From: Stylophora pistillata
Taxonomy: Eukaryota
Direction: 5' to 3'
NCBI RefSeq assembly: GCF_002571385.2
Contig: NW_019217784.1
Span: 1,782,912 to 1,846,911 of the forward strand
DNA length: 64,000 nt
In this document: one piece after another, positions 38,888 to 52,300 of the stretch
How the letters are laid out: every line of letters begins with the position of its first letter
Position numbering within the stretch: the first letter of the stretch is position 1
Notes under the pieces: model-generated
Database searches by the model: none
Seen by the model: only the letters and a program-made list of their open reading frames with translations
Told to the model about the DNA's origin: nothing
Program-made: the position numbers and the translations under genes

Positions 38888-40764
38888 CTTCGCAACAATA
38901 ACATTTGCAACAAGTCAATACCTATGAGCACGTCTCGCCGTTTAACCCGCTCTCTGCGTGTCTTCGGCCGGACAAAAATTGTGATAGCTCCACTCGAATT
39001 ATTGTTGGTTTTTTAGACTGTAAAACTCGTTTCTTGTATCCCTCACGAGGTTTTTCTCCCGCTTTTGCGATAAAAGGTGAAGACCGTCGGATTGCAGGAC
39101 GTTCGACATGATCCCAACTTGCTATAAGTTTTTGTTTGGTCGGACGGCGAGATTGGCGAGGCGAGACGTGGTCAGAAAGAGTCAGCTTTTTTTCAGATAT
39201 CACAGTAACAAGTTATACATTTATACTTTCAAATTGCCAGTTAAGGCGAAAATTAGACAAAATGACTGTAAGGGAAATATGTTTGACTGAGACTACTGGT
39301 TCCTCAATTCTTCGGGATCTTAAACTACTCGTGGCAAGCAACTAAAATAATGCGGAGATTTGAAAGGACTTTGAACCGTTTGACGGCTCACTTTGAGCTA
39401 TTTTTTGACGGTTCATGGTTAAAATTTATCCTTTTTACGGGCTGGTGGTAAAATTTTGGCCGTTTGACCCCATTGAGACACTCCAACGTCTATGCCTCTC
39501 TTGTGTTATATATTTTAGTGAATTCGCGTCATTGACGTCTGGAAAAATGAAAAGTATTTTATTGTAGGCTCGCGGGTTAAATAAACTATGTTTCCATACT
39601 GTGTGAGAGCAATTCTCTTCCTTCCTGATCTTACATATTTCCGGATCTTGCCGCTAACATTTGTTGATGGTTCGGATCTTCGTCATTTAATGATTTCTAG
39701 AAAGTTCACTTATCAAAGGAAATGTTTTGAGAGTAGAGTCATTGTTTAAGGACATAACTGAACGCCATTTTGTTATCATATTCCTCTAAAACTGCGTTTG
39801 ATTGTTCGTTCTAGATGTATTCCCCGGCCGTTTCTAAAAATATCATTCCAAACCAGCACAGGCGCGGAGTACAGTTAAATCGAGATGAAACCTTTCATGT
39901 AGCTTCACTTGACCAATTTGCTTTCTTCTGCGTCACAGTAAGGCGATTGAAGAACAAGTGACTGACCACTTTGTAGGATTTAAGAAACTGAATCAACCAT
40001 TCCTTTGAGATTTATGTGGTTTAGAAGTCAATTTGTCTTGAAATTCCTGTTTCTATTTTGAGTGAGCTTGATTAGTGTTAATCAAGTCCAATTGCATAGT
40101 TTTATTGTGATTACCTACCCTTAGTATGCAAATTATGATTTCCTCTTAAATGACCTAAGTGAACTTTTTTCGTCTTTGCATTCAAAGAAGACCACAAAAC
40201 ACCTTGCGAACATATCTTTCTTCTCTAATGAATCATTATGCGACATTTCGACGTCACCACTTTGCGAAAAAAAAATTTAGTCTGCGTTTGTTAATAACAC
40301 GCTTTCTATGGTTGAGTGGCTTTAGAAATTCGTGAACAATTAACTCAACCAAGGACGTGATCTATTCAAAGCTTTAAACGAAAAGACACAAGAGTAGAAA
40401 GATCTCACAAGACCCTAGATAGATAACTGTACAAACGAAACTACCACAAGACCACAGACTTTACAGTGCAACAGCCCGCTACAACTTCACGTGCACATCA
40501 TCGTACATCATTCGAACTCACTCAGAGAAGGCGTTTATTTCATATTCAAGTTATTTCATGATGACAATGAAAAGAACACCGTAGAAGCGAAGGGTGAGAT
40601 TGACCAATCAGATAACTTTATAGAGCTTATTTCAAGCCAAGCGTGGATAAGTGACAGCTTATACTGAAATGAACATTTTGGAACTTCAATTCAACGCCCG
40701 TCCAAAGTGTTCAGATTGTTTTTAAATTCAATCGGTGCACTTTAGCCTTCAGCTGACACATTTT

Positions 40765-43700
40765 ATGACAAGGAAATCGAGCAAACAAGACGTGTCCTGC
40801 AAAATGTCACATCTGTTTAGTGAAGAGGCTAAAAAGAGGCTTGAGCTAAATTTGGTAAGCATTAAACAGAGAGAGAGAGTAATTCCGAGAATGCTCCGTG
40901 TAGAGCAAACGAGATATATTACGATTTCAGCGGGGAACAAAAAAGGCGGTTTTATTTCTTGTCCTCTCTATGCCTCTTATTTAAAAACAGAAAGTACATT
41001 TTGTTTTCGGATTGTGCCAACATATTTGTTAATTTACTGTTGCCGGGAAGTACTTATTCCAACCAGACTTTTTCTATGATCGACTGCTAAGGCAAATATC
41101 ACTCATTGCATTTGCAATTTAAAGAACCAGTTGTCTTGTTCTAACACGTAGTTCAGTCGACCAGACCTAATTAATTTACATATGCTATCTCCCGTAGATT
41201 TAATGTTCAGGTTAATTCGAGATTCTTTGTAATTTTAAGACATAAAATTTCTTGTCAGTTGAATCAGATTGCTTTGCCATCTAACCTGGAACCCAATGCA
41301 TCTTCACATCAGAGCCCCAGATATTTCACCCCTTCAGAAGTGTTTACCGTCCTTTATGGCCAAACAACACGATGGCAGGTGAATAAAGATGAAATTGGTT
41401 CGCAGTCAGCAGGGCGTTTTGTAGAACAAGAAGCACTCAATCCAGGTAATTTTTGTGAACATAATTTAGAACGTTTCGTACGCCGAAAATATTTTGACTG
41501 GAAACCAAAACCAATCACGCGCGACTTCGCGTCAAGGCGCGTATTGATGGGAATAAACACGCGCATTTATACTCAGTTTTCTGATTTGCTTTCATTGGTC
41601 TAAGATTGTCCCTGATTTATTTACGGTTTTGAAGAGGACATCTCGACTTTTTTCTCGGCTTTAACAATTATCGATGAGTCCAGTAATACTATAGTTCCTT
41701 GTCTGCACCTGACAATTAAGAAACAAATCATCCCTTTTCTTTCCTCGAAAAAAAATTGCACTTGAAAGCAAAACCTTCTTAGGTGCTTAAATTATTTTGT
41801 GTGTATAATCACGTAAGATGAAACGAGTGGAGGAAATGTATTAATGTCGCAACATTGGTCACCAGTTTTCTCACCTGATCAGTTATCTGGTGAGGCCTAG
41901 TGACTATTATAAATTTGTTATTTGGCGAGAGCTTACTTTCAAGAAGATCATACAATTTAGTTTGGCTGCTGCAGAAACGTCATTCATAAGGCTTGGGATT
42001 TAATTTATTCTTTTTAAACTACAGTGGTTGTTTGAAAAATACTTCAATTCAATGACAATTACCTAAAGCCAAACAAACAAATTAGAATCTTGACAACCAT
42101 TTTAGTAGTTACAGGCATTTATTTGGAATGATTGATAGAGTATTTCATAGTTTTCCCAACTGTGACTGTGCAGTGGTTGCGCTTTATTCACCTCTGAGTG
42201 CCCTACGTTATGATGTGCAGTCATGCAATTAAATAAAATCTATTTATAAAGGAGTTTTGTCGCACGAAAGTTAGGTCTATACCAAACATGACGTAAATCC
42301 AAACTTCTTTGCCACAATTGCGAAATATTTTCTAGTATGTACCGCAGATTTCCGTTCGAATAGGCGGACGAAAGCTAAATTGGCAACTATTTCAATGAGA
42401 AATATTTGCGATAATAGTTTTGTGGTAATTAAAGTTTATGATGCTGTCCTTTAACATTCATTCTTTTCAGTTAAGTATTCAAGACTGGGGGGATACCATT
42501 CAAACCAATTATGTTAATAACGTAGACGGTTGCATTGATGTTTCAACAAAAGGAGGAAAAATATTCAACGTATTTTTACTCCTGAACTTTGTTGAGTTAT
42601 ACGTTAAGATTGATTCCTCAATACACGTTAGCTGAAAAAATTACCAGATTTTTCGCATCAAACATTCTGTCCACGGCATGGATAAGCAAACTCGTTGATG
42701 TAAATTATGATAAAAAAACAACTTGACAAAAAGCTATTTATCATCAAGTTCAATTTTAAATTTAGTCACAGAAAACTTGATTTAACGACCTCGAGAGAAA
42801 TATGGAAAGTTTAAGCACACAACTCCACAGACTTTTCCACTCACTTTGACTGGCAGCAGCGTCACGCGAGTGGACAGATGGAATGTTTTACCTTCTTGAA
42901 GCATTGCTCAGGGCAAAAAAGGGGGGCAGACAAAGACCTTTATTGAAAGTTTAATTGCCAGAGATAATTCTAGTTTTCTATAAGTATATGATGAAGGTAG
43001 AGCATGTCAGAGCCTGTACTTTCCTCAGACACTAGCCATCTAATCATGGCAAAGATATCCATAGATTTTGAAATAATCCATGATGAAGATTTTACCATCA
43101 TTACTTACAAAATCGATTGTCTTGGTCATAAGTGGGGCAAAACCTTTCATTCTCAAGATCTCAATGTCAATTCTCCCAACAGTCTGCCATACATTTCTTG
43201 ATGTTTTTGCTCTGAGAATTTGGGAATGAATCAAACCATAGCCCTCAGTTGATATTTTTTTACTTTATCCTCATCACATTGCTGTATAGTGATAACGTAA
43301 GCAGAAATTACTCACCGGTCAGTCCTGAAAAGATTCATATAAATATTCCCAAAGAAGGTTGGAGCAGTCTAACTCTGATCACTAATTTTTCCTTCAGCAT
43401 GTGAACTTTGTCAATCGATGCCCCGTGGCTCATGCGCCCTGCATAGGCAATCCACTCAGCCTTTGATTGACAAACGTGTAAGCTACGCCGTCAAGTCCTT
43501 ACCAACGGAATGTAAGCTTGGAGTCTCCTACTCGGCTGGGGAGGGGTACGGTGTGTACACCAATCAGCCCATTCCTACGGGAACATGGATTGGTCCATTT
43601 GAAGGAAGACGAATTCGTCCACGTGACGTCACATCAGAAATGGATACGTCACACATGTGGGAGGTAAATTGAAATAGGGAGCCTTGGGAGCCTGGGTCTC

Positions 43701-46700
43701 ATCTCGCGCTGTTGAAAAATAGCGGCCAGTTGTTGTCGCAACAAAAAAAAGCAGCTTAGATAAGTAAGGAGCAGTATTGCGTTCGTTTGACTCCAATTTA
43801 TAAGAAATTCATCGCAGAAGACGTGCAAAATTTAGGAAGCTGACCACGACAGCAATGATGTAGGATTTAGCAAAAAGTACATAAAAATCGTGTTTTTCTA
43901 ATAAAAACAAGATCAGGACTATGATTGGGAAAGATCTAGTTCTTCCAGAGTTAACTTTCACAGGTGAAAAGAGAATAGAAACCAACTGAAATTTGTTCTC
44001 ATGCCCGACAATAGATGATGAGTCAGGAGGATTAGGATCTGAAATAGGTCCAGTTTGAACTCTGAAAGTTTTTTGAGTGTCAAAACACTTTGCTGTTAAT
44101 CGGTGAAGTAGTTTAAGATGAGAGCACAGGTCTTTCATCATCGATCCCCGTTACGTCACTCGTTTGTTAAGCTTCCTACGCTGCCGCACTGGTTCGTAAA
44201 GGACGCACGAAAACAATACAATAGCGCGCATGTGCATTTAAATAAAACGCAATCAATCCCACAGATATACGAAGGTTCCACATTGTCTCATTACATTGAC
44301 GGGAGTGACGAGAGCTGCTCCAGTTGGATGCGATTTATCCGCTGCGCAAGACATAAGGGCGAGCAGAACTTGTATGCATTTCAGTTTAACGGAAACATTT
44401 ACTACAGAGCGTTCAAAGATATTCCAACAGGCACAGAGCTGCTTGTATGGTACGATGACAAATACCCGATGTACATGGGCATTCCATTCGTTAGCGCTTT
44501 TCCAGGTGAAGCTAGTTCAGGTGAGATATTGGGTCAAATTGATGTTCAAGTTAAGGCAGTGTGTATTTTAAAAGCCTCTCATCTATATCTAGCACAAGTT
44601 ATTAAAACTGGGTTTCTCACCAGGTGGGTACATTAAAAAATATTTGAAAATACAAATTAAGTTACACTGGTGGTTAAAAGCGTCTCTGAAATTAGTAACA
44701 ATAAAAATGTTCCCTTTCACTTCCCCTAAAGAAGGTCCATGATTGCGACCGAAACGTCGGGAACATTTTTATTGTTACTAATTTCAGAAACGCTTTTAAC
44801 CACCAGTGTAACTTAATTTGTATTTTCAACTATTTTTGAATAGCACAAGTTAGTTGAAAGATGGAGGTAGTCAGAAAGGTAACTACATCGTCATTGAGAG
44901 AGATAGACAAATGACATGCAGCGACAGATAGTTAGTGGTTCTCGATTGATAAACAGGCAAGTAATTAGTGAATGAGTTGGCTAATTATTTCTCAGACTTC
45001 CTCAGTCAGTATCGATGTGTAGGTAAAACTGCCAGCCAACAGTTCAGCTACTTAGTTACTTCGTTGATCATCCTATCCAGCCATCCAGCCATTGCTTAGT
45101 AAGTCGAATTTGTGTCAGTCAGCCTTTTGTGAGTTATTAAGTCAGTCATTGTGAGTCACAAAGTCAGTTGATTGACAATTTGTCAGTAATCCTATCAGTC
45201 AGTCATTGTGAGTCACAAAGTCAGTTGATTGACAATTTGTCAGTAATCCTATCAGTCATCCAATCTGTCATTGGGCCGCTCTATACGTCAATTAGCCAGC
45301 CAGATTGCTAGCCAGATTGTCAGCCAGATTGTCAGCCAGATTGTCAGCCAGATTGCCAGCCAGATTGTCAGCCAGATTGTCAGCCAGATTGCCAGCCAGA
45401 TTGTCAGCCAGATTGTCAGCCAGATTGTCAGCCAGATTGCCAGCCAGATTGCCAGCCAGATTGTCAGCCAGATTGTCAGCCAGATTGCCAGCCAGATTGT
45501 CAGCCAGATTGCCAGCCAGATTGTCAGCCAGATTGTCGGCCAGATTGCCAGCCAGATTGTCCGCCAGATTGTCAGCCAGATTGTCAGCCAGATTGTCCGC
45601 CAGATTGCCAGCCAGATTGCCGGCCAGATTGCCAGCCAGATTGTCAGCCAGATTGCCAGCCAGATTGTCAGCCAGATCGTCAGCCAGATTGTCAGCCAGA
45701 TTTTCGGCCAGATTGCCAGCCAGATTGCCAGCCAGATTGCCAGCCAGATCGTCAGCCAGATCGTCAGCCAGATTGTCAGCCAGATTGTCGGCCAGATTGC
45801 CAGCCAGATTGTCAGCCAGATTGTAAGGCATTACAAGCTAAGCAATCCTCACAATTTTCAATAACTTGTCATTCTCACAGCCACGCATGACAAAAAACAA
45901 GACAAAATGGTACCGCAACAGTCCAACCGACCAATAAACTCAATATCATCCTCAGTAAAACCTCAAGACACTACCCGATATACAAGAACAGCCTCTAGTT
46001 CCCAGTTCACGCCAAGTACAAGTCCTGTTTGGAGTTCTCAAGGTATGTAATAGTAATCAAAGTTTAATGTCTTTTTATTGCCCGAGCCAGAGGCTCATGT
46101 ATGAAACGCTAGACAACAACCCACTATCACACAGTAATCTCGTGCGTGGGAAATTAACGTCTCCTACCCCTAACCCTGCATAGTTGATCCCCTATGAAAA
46201 GGAAAAGCAACTGATTAGTTTTATTTGTAACTTGTTTTCAGATACGAAAACTCCGCCGACTGATGCAAAAAGACTACCTCCGCTTATTCCGACATACACC
46301 TTGAACCAAAGACGACCATCGTTAGAGAGCGTACCACGAGACCAGAGGTCTCCTTTGAAAAGTGACGTGAAAAGTGACGTCGCTAACCTAGGCAACAATA
46401 GAATACCCAGTCCAACTAGTCAAACAAGCGAGTTAACATCATGGCGATGTCAACAGTGCCATAAGACTTTCACTCAGCGAGTTGCATTACAAATGCACGT
46501 TTGTCCAACCCAACCAACCAAACCTTACCAATGCGGACAGTGCAGTAAGACATTCACTAACTCCTCAGAACTGCGCGCGCACGTGGTATCTCATACAACA
46601 GAGCGGCCGTTCAAGTGCGGCTTTTGCTCGCGCACGTTCGTTGGGGCAACGACGCTGAATAATCACGTGCGGACTCACATGGGTCAGAAACCTTTTAGCT

Positions 46701-46828
46701 GCGAGAAGTGCGGCAAGACATTTTCACAGGCTATGCACCTCGCGAGACACGCGCGGGAATCGTGTGACCTCGTGAAGGAAAAAAGTAGAACTGATACTGG
46801 CACAGCACATACGCTGTCGACCTTCTAA
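40765..46828 (+). CDS. PRDM6: PRDM6-like PR/SET-domain zinc-finger protein, paralogue g4 (~515 aa)
   Basis: Exons 40765-40854, 41259-41445, 43398-43663, 44265-44520, 45881-46042 and 46242-46828 (phases 0,1,0,1,1). Motif FTPSEVFTVLYGQ, knuckle CELC..CALH, PR domain with GPFEG and four fingers. The first exon and start codon are less certain. Confidence 0.88.
44602..44840 (+). mobile_element. Small retro-type (Penelope-like) insertion: ~70-bp-arm hairpin with a hammerhead-like motif in the loop, in g4 intron 4
   Basis: 12-bp flanking duplication TAGCACAAGTTA (44590-44601, 44841-44852). Inverted arms 44644-44714 and 44759-44829. The loop holds CCC-CTAAAGA-A-GGTC-CATGATTGC-GACC-GAAAC-GTC-GGG (44723-44761). 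Confidence 0.7.
45141..45258. repeat. 57-bp tandem duplication
   Basis: GTCAGTCATTGTGAGTCACAAAGTCAGTTGATTGACAATTTGTCAGTAATCCTATCA x2. Confidence 0.9.
45294..45823. repeat. 12-bp minisatellite GCCAGATTG(T/C)CA, about 44 units, intronic in g4
   Basis: Read directly from the sequence. It lies between g4 exons 44265-44520 and 45881-46042. Confidence 0.95.
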
Positions 46829-49305
46829 GCCACGAGGGTTTTTTTCATGCTACATTATTTTTTTAAAAAAGGAGTAAACTGCTCTTTATTTAGTCGAAAG
46901 AAACCTCAAATTATGGATAAAAATGTGAAAATAAGATACTTAATCAAACTGAAAAACAAAAAAAGTCAGAAAAGATTAACGGAGAAATTGCACTTTGCGT
47001 TCTTGCAAAAAAATGCCTGCGCGTTTATTGAAAGATTTTTTTAACCAATGTACATCACAGGATCAGAGGTATATCGCATTACTATTTCACTGTGTAGGTA
47101 GACAAAGGAAATAAAATTTTTGAACACGTCACAGTGTCTTCTTTATCATATAGAGCATACAATGATTGATGGGCATCAAGATTCTCTACACAGTGGGGAG
47201 GAGGGGGGTGGGGTGGTGGTTGTTGGGAGGACCCATGAGTGATCAGGTTCAAATCTTTTTCCCAGATCATACTTACGCGATTGAACTGCTTGACTTTGAG
47301 GCCTGGATACAAAGCCCAATTAAGACTTAAAACGAGGGTATTAAAATGACCCCCGCCTCTTGAAACGTCAGGCTTCCAATATCGCTTATTTAGTTAGCAT
47401 GTGTTAATTCGTTTTATGCTTAAAGTATTTTTGGTTCCCGCCAGTTTTAATTCAGAAGAGTTAATAAATCTGCTTTGCTTGACTTCTTTTATTTCTGACG
47501 GCTTCTTTTGTGTGCAGAAGCCATGCTATTTGCATTTACATATTTGTGAAAGAGGTCCTTGTCATAGCTTAACTAAGGTACCATACATCAAAACTGCTCT
47601 TAAAAAACTTGTTCTGCTGACATCTTCTATGTAACAAGCTATCGAAATTACTTCCGTGAGGGCAGTAACATTGATAACTCAGGCCTTTGGCACATTGGTA
47701 TGTTGGATTCACAAAGTAATATCAACTAACAATAGGAATTAGGTGTTTGTTCTCCACAGGCCATTTAAAAGACTGCATTCCATGCAAATACGTGCGGCGT
47801 GTTTTCTTAAATCGGAGATTAGAAGCTTCTCGGGAATCTTTTCCTTTTGTCTCTTGTTCCCCAAAGATATCTGTGTCCATTGTTGTCAAATGTTGACATT
47901 AACTAATGAGTTCTTCACGGAGCAGTGATTTCTTTTGCAGCAGACACAATTTAAAAAGTCATTAATAATCAGACAGTTTTTTCCAAAGTCTTTCGGTCTA
48001 TTGGTATTTAAATCAGAAATTGATTTTGTATAACTAAGTTTGTGAGTAAGGACAGTTCTCCTGTCAAAACTCGATATAATGATATTAAATACCCTGGAAA
48101 TGTGCATCGCTGTGCACGAAAGGAAACCGTTCTTCAGCGAGAGAAACGCCAACAGTCTTTTAAGAAGTACAACGTCGCAGATTGCTGTGATAAACAAACG
48201 GGTTTATAAATATTCAAATCCTTTTTCTTCGCAGGGCTCTTAAGAAGGGTTACGTTTTGCTTTGAAAAGAGTTACTTAAAAGCATTATAAAGCTTTCATT
48301 AACTTTATACCAGCAATGGTTTCGAATGGGATAATTAGGGTGACAAAAGTCCAGTCCGTGAGAGGGTAAAACATTTCTTCTTGGTTTTTTGGTGTATGCG
48401 GAAAGATTTGATGTTTGATGTTTAAAAGTTTTACAGAAATTCAAAGTTATCATGAGTTTGAATCATTTATACACGTGAGCAAAATCTGATTGCACATAAT
48501 AGAAACGGGGAGACGATGGCTGCTAACAAGACAGCCGAATAAAATAGTAATTTTGGTTTTATCAATTGAGTTGATAAAGTAAATTGGCCACCGTAAAGAT
48601 TTTCAAAGCTGACGTTTCTTTAGAAACTGACGCCCTTTATCGGATAAAGTAGTATTGTTCGTATGGGCCAAGAAATGGAATAATCAACAATAAATAGTTC
48701 TAGGAGATCCGATATAATTATTACTACGTAACGATCTGCGTGAAATGTTATAAACAAAAGGAAGGTGTCAGCATATATTTCGAATACATTAACAGTTTTG
48801 GCGCTAAAAAATCATTTCAGAGAAAGTTAAACTTCTAAATATTTTCAGGCGAATTTCACAATCACTTTTAACTGCGTCAGGTTTCATGAATTATCTCAGA
48901 CGATAGCTGTATTATTATAATTTCATTTACATCATTGATCAATGCATCCTTGAAACTTTGTTCAATATTGCCATGTGGGAAATGGTTGTAGCTCTAAAAT
49001 TAGGCGAGCTGATACATGCGGAAATGGCGCGAAATTATTGAAACCAGTGTCATTGTTTGGGAGCCCAATCGTGGTAATTATGTAAGAAAACAATACTCTC
49101 TTCGTACGTGGACGTTCAATTAAATAGCAAAAAGGGCGCTAAAGTGTAAACCGTCTCTTTAGTTAAATTATAAATCACAAATTTGACAAACAGACCGAAG
49201 CACACATGTCCGGATTCTCTTGTGGGCCTTCCCGCGGTAAAGACAATAACAAAAACCAAGTTGACGCACAGCACCTGAGTTAAACCGAAAGAATACTTCA
49301 ATGAA

Positions 49306-52300
49306 ATGGAGCTAACATACGAGGTAAGAAATTGCATCGAATTTAGACATAAATGAGTGTAAAGCGAAAGGTAAACAGCATCATCAGGAATCATTGTTTG
49401 AAGAAATGGGTCCAGTATGGTTTTATGTTTCATGAACTGTATTTTAAACCTGCATGTTAATATCCCAACAGTCAAAAACTGATAATTCAGCTCGGCAATA
49501 TTGCGTTAATGTTTAACAGCCATTTCCGCTAAATCTGTTAAATCTAGTAGTCTTTTTTCCCCCTCTTTTTACCTTGAATCTTAAAATATTCGATTAAACA
49601 TCCCGTCAGTCGCTGCATTTGTTTATTCTATAAATATTCCCATTTTGTTTTTGAAAGCTAAATAGCTTTTGAGCAGCGATTATTACTTGAAGCGAATATA
49701 TTCACGCACTGATGAATTTCTTCAAAGTCAGTCAGATGAATATTTATCATCATTAAAAATTTGTTGTCGTTATAATCAAAATCAACACTATCGATATCCT
49801 AGTGTATGCTTTAAGGATATTCTCCTTTTTTATTCTTTCCCCTTTAGAAACAAAATCTTGAGATTTCGACAAAGAATTTTCAACCTGTTTTAAAGAAACC
49901 ACGGTTTCAGAAAAACTACGCTAATTTCAGTCCCTCCAGAAGGAATTCTACAGGGAACAGCTTCAGTTATGAAGATTTACTGAGCTTTTTGTTCGACAAG
50001 AACAATATTCGGCCCCTAAACATCGAACAATCAGCCGTAACACACCAAAAAGATTGCTTCTGTAAGTATGCTGGAGTAAATGATTGATCTCCTTGGGGTT
50101 AATAAGTTAAAGTCAGCTTTAACTAGTGTTCTATGACAGCCTCTCTTTTTCATATGATTCAGGATTAGTAATTGAAAGAAATTCAAAGCACAAAGCGCAA
50201 GGTACTAGTGAAGCGCAATGGATCATGGGAAGAGGGATAAAATACCTAATTCACGAATCCCCTTCAACTTTTGCCCATTATTTTAGTTTTCATTTGTGTG
50301 TTGTACTCTGTGTCCGTGTTTTTTTGTTTTGTTTTTGTTTTGTTAGGGTTAGAATGGACACACACAAGGAATTATGGAATTTTTGTGATTTTGTCATTTT
50401 CAGGGTGTAACGCCAGTTTAGTAGAATCAAAGTTTCGGTGTCCTCAACACAGATTAGAAAGCCTTGGCACGAAGCAAACAAATCAGTTACCACTCACGAT
50501 AAGATCCCTTCCGCCGGAAGTTGGCTTGTGTCAGTCCAGCATTCCTGGCGCAGGATATGGGGTGTGTGCTAAGAGAACAATTCCTATTGGTGCATGGATT
50601 GGGCCCTATGAAGGAAAGTTTGTGAAGCCCGAGGAAATATCTTCTGCTGTAGACACATCTTACATGTGGGAGGTAGGGTTTCTCTTGGAAAATACACCGT
50701 GCAAAATATTTTAAATATAGTACGTCCTCAATCGCTTGGTAGACACACAGCAAATTTAAACTAATTGGGTGTTGGCCAAATGGCTTTACGACGATTACAT
50801 ATTTGATTTACCCCCCCCCCCCTTCCCAATAGATCTACAAAGACGGCATAATGACAGGATGCATTGATGGCAGCGATGAAAATTATTCCAGCTGGATGCG
50901 TTTTATCCGCTGCGCACGACACACAGGGGAACAAAACATGTTTGCCTTTCAATACCTGGGCAAGGTGTTTTATCGCGCTTTCAAGACCATCCAACCAGGA
51001 CAGGAAATGCTTGTGTGGTACGACGACAAATATCCACAGTACTTTGGTATCCCCTCAGCTATGTTTGACATGGGTACTGTCATACCAAGTGGTGAGTGAC
51101 CCTTTCTCCTCTAACATTTGAGCAGTCACAATAAAGATAAACAAATAAACAACAAAAACCACAAGAGACATAGTACCCACAGTCCACTAAATCCTGGATT
51201 GGAAGTGGATATATGTGGCAGTTACACGAGGCGGGTCACCGTTCCTGGTATTCTGCGTAACGAGTGAAAGGTGGGGAGTGTAAGTTTTAGGAGGTGACCG
51301 AGACATAGCCAAGATGACGAGCAATTCCAGAGGATTCCTCTGTAGTTCTGACCTAAACCAGGAGTCCATTACCCGGAGCTTCCATCTTCCATACTGACCC
51401 TCTGCGCCAACCCTGTTCCGTATCTTTCTATTTTTAGAAGCACCTCCCACGGCGGTTTTCGCGGGTGTTTTTATAATAGCCAATCATAAGAGAGCTGTCG
51501 TCTCTATTGTGTTACGTCTCTATTGTGTCACTTGTCAGGCCGCACGAAATTATTTCAATAATGGCGGAAAGCGCGGAAAGATTAAAGAGCCACCGCAAAT
51601 ATCTCAGTTCTAAAAATAAAAAGATACGGGACAGGGTTGACTCAAGGGTACAACTGAGATGGAAGCTCCGGGTAATGGGCTCTTGCCTAAAATCGTTAAA
51701 GTGACAAATGAGAGAAAGTAATACAAATGTTTAAGTTCATCTGAACTGGAGGATAAGTGGCTGAGACGTTAAAGCACTTGTGGTAATAACTAAAAGTCTG
51801 TCAAGTGTCATCAGCATAGTTAGAAATGGGGGGAAATATTTGAAAAGTTTCAAAGTGAATCTCACGATAAATAACGGTTTACCTCTGGTAAAGATGACAT
51901 TAGTGGTTGTGCTTGACTTGTTAGTTAGTTAGTTGTGATTGAGTGGTTGCTAGTGTTTATGATTGCTTTTATATTTAAGACAGAGATGATATGAAAAGTT
52001 TACAGCAGCTTAAGCTAGACTTTACATTGTTTTGTTAGATACCAGCTCCAAACCTAATGAGGTGATTGTTGTCACTACTCACGTAACAAACCAGCCGTTA
52101 GACACCAGTCCACAAAGTTCCTTCTTTCCCAGTCCTCCTCCCTCGCCTGTTTCTCATTCCAGTAGCCAATTTGGATCAAATCCAGTTAGTTTGAAAGGAA
52201 ATTGCTCTCCTATACGTAAGACCGGCGATGAAAGGCTTTCTTCTCCCAAGCACGAAGGCGCGATGAAACCTGTGCCAGACATGAAGTTCGTCTTTGAGAA

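Noticed and set aside
45271-45864. 170-200 aa ORFs (SQIV/ARLS/NLAD repeats)
   Set aside because: Stop-free 12-bp minisatellite inside a g4 intron; open on both strands only because of its periodicity.
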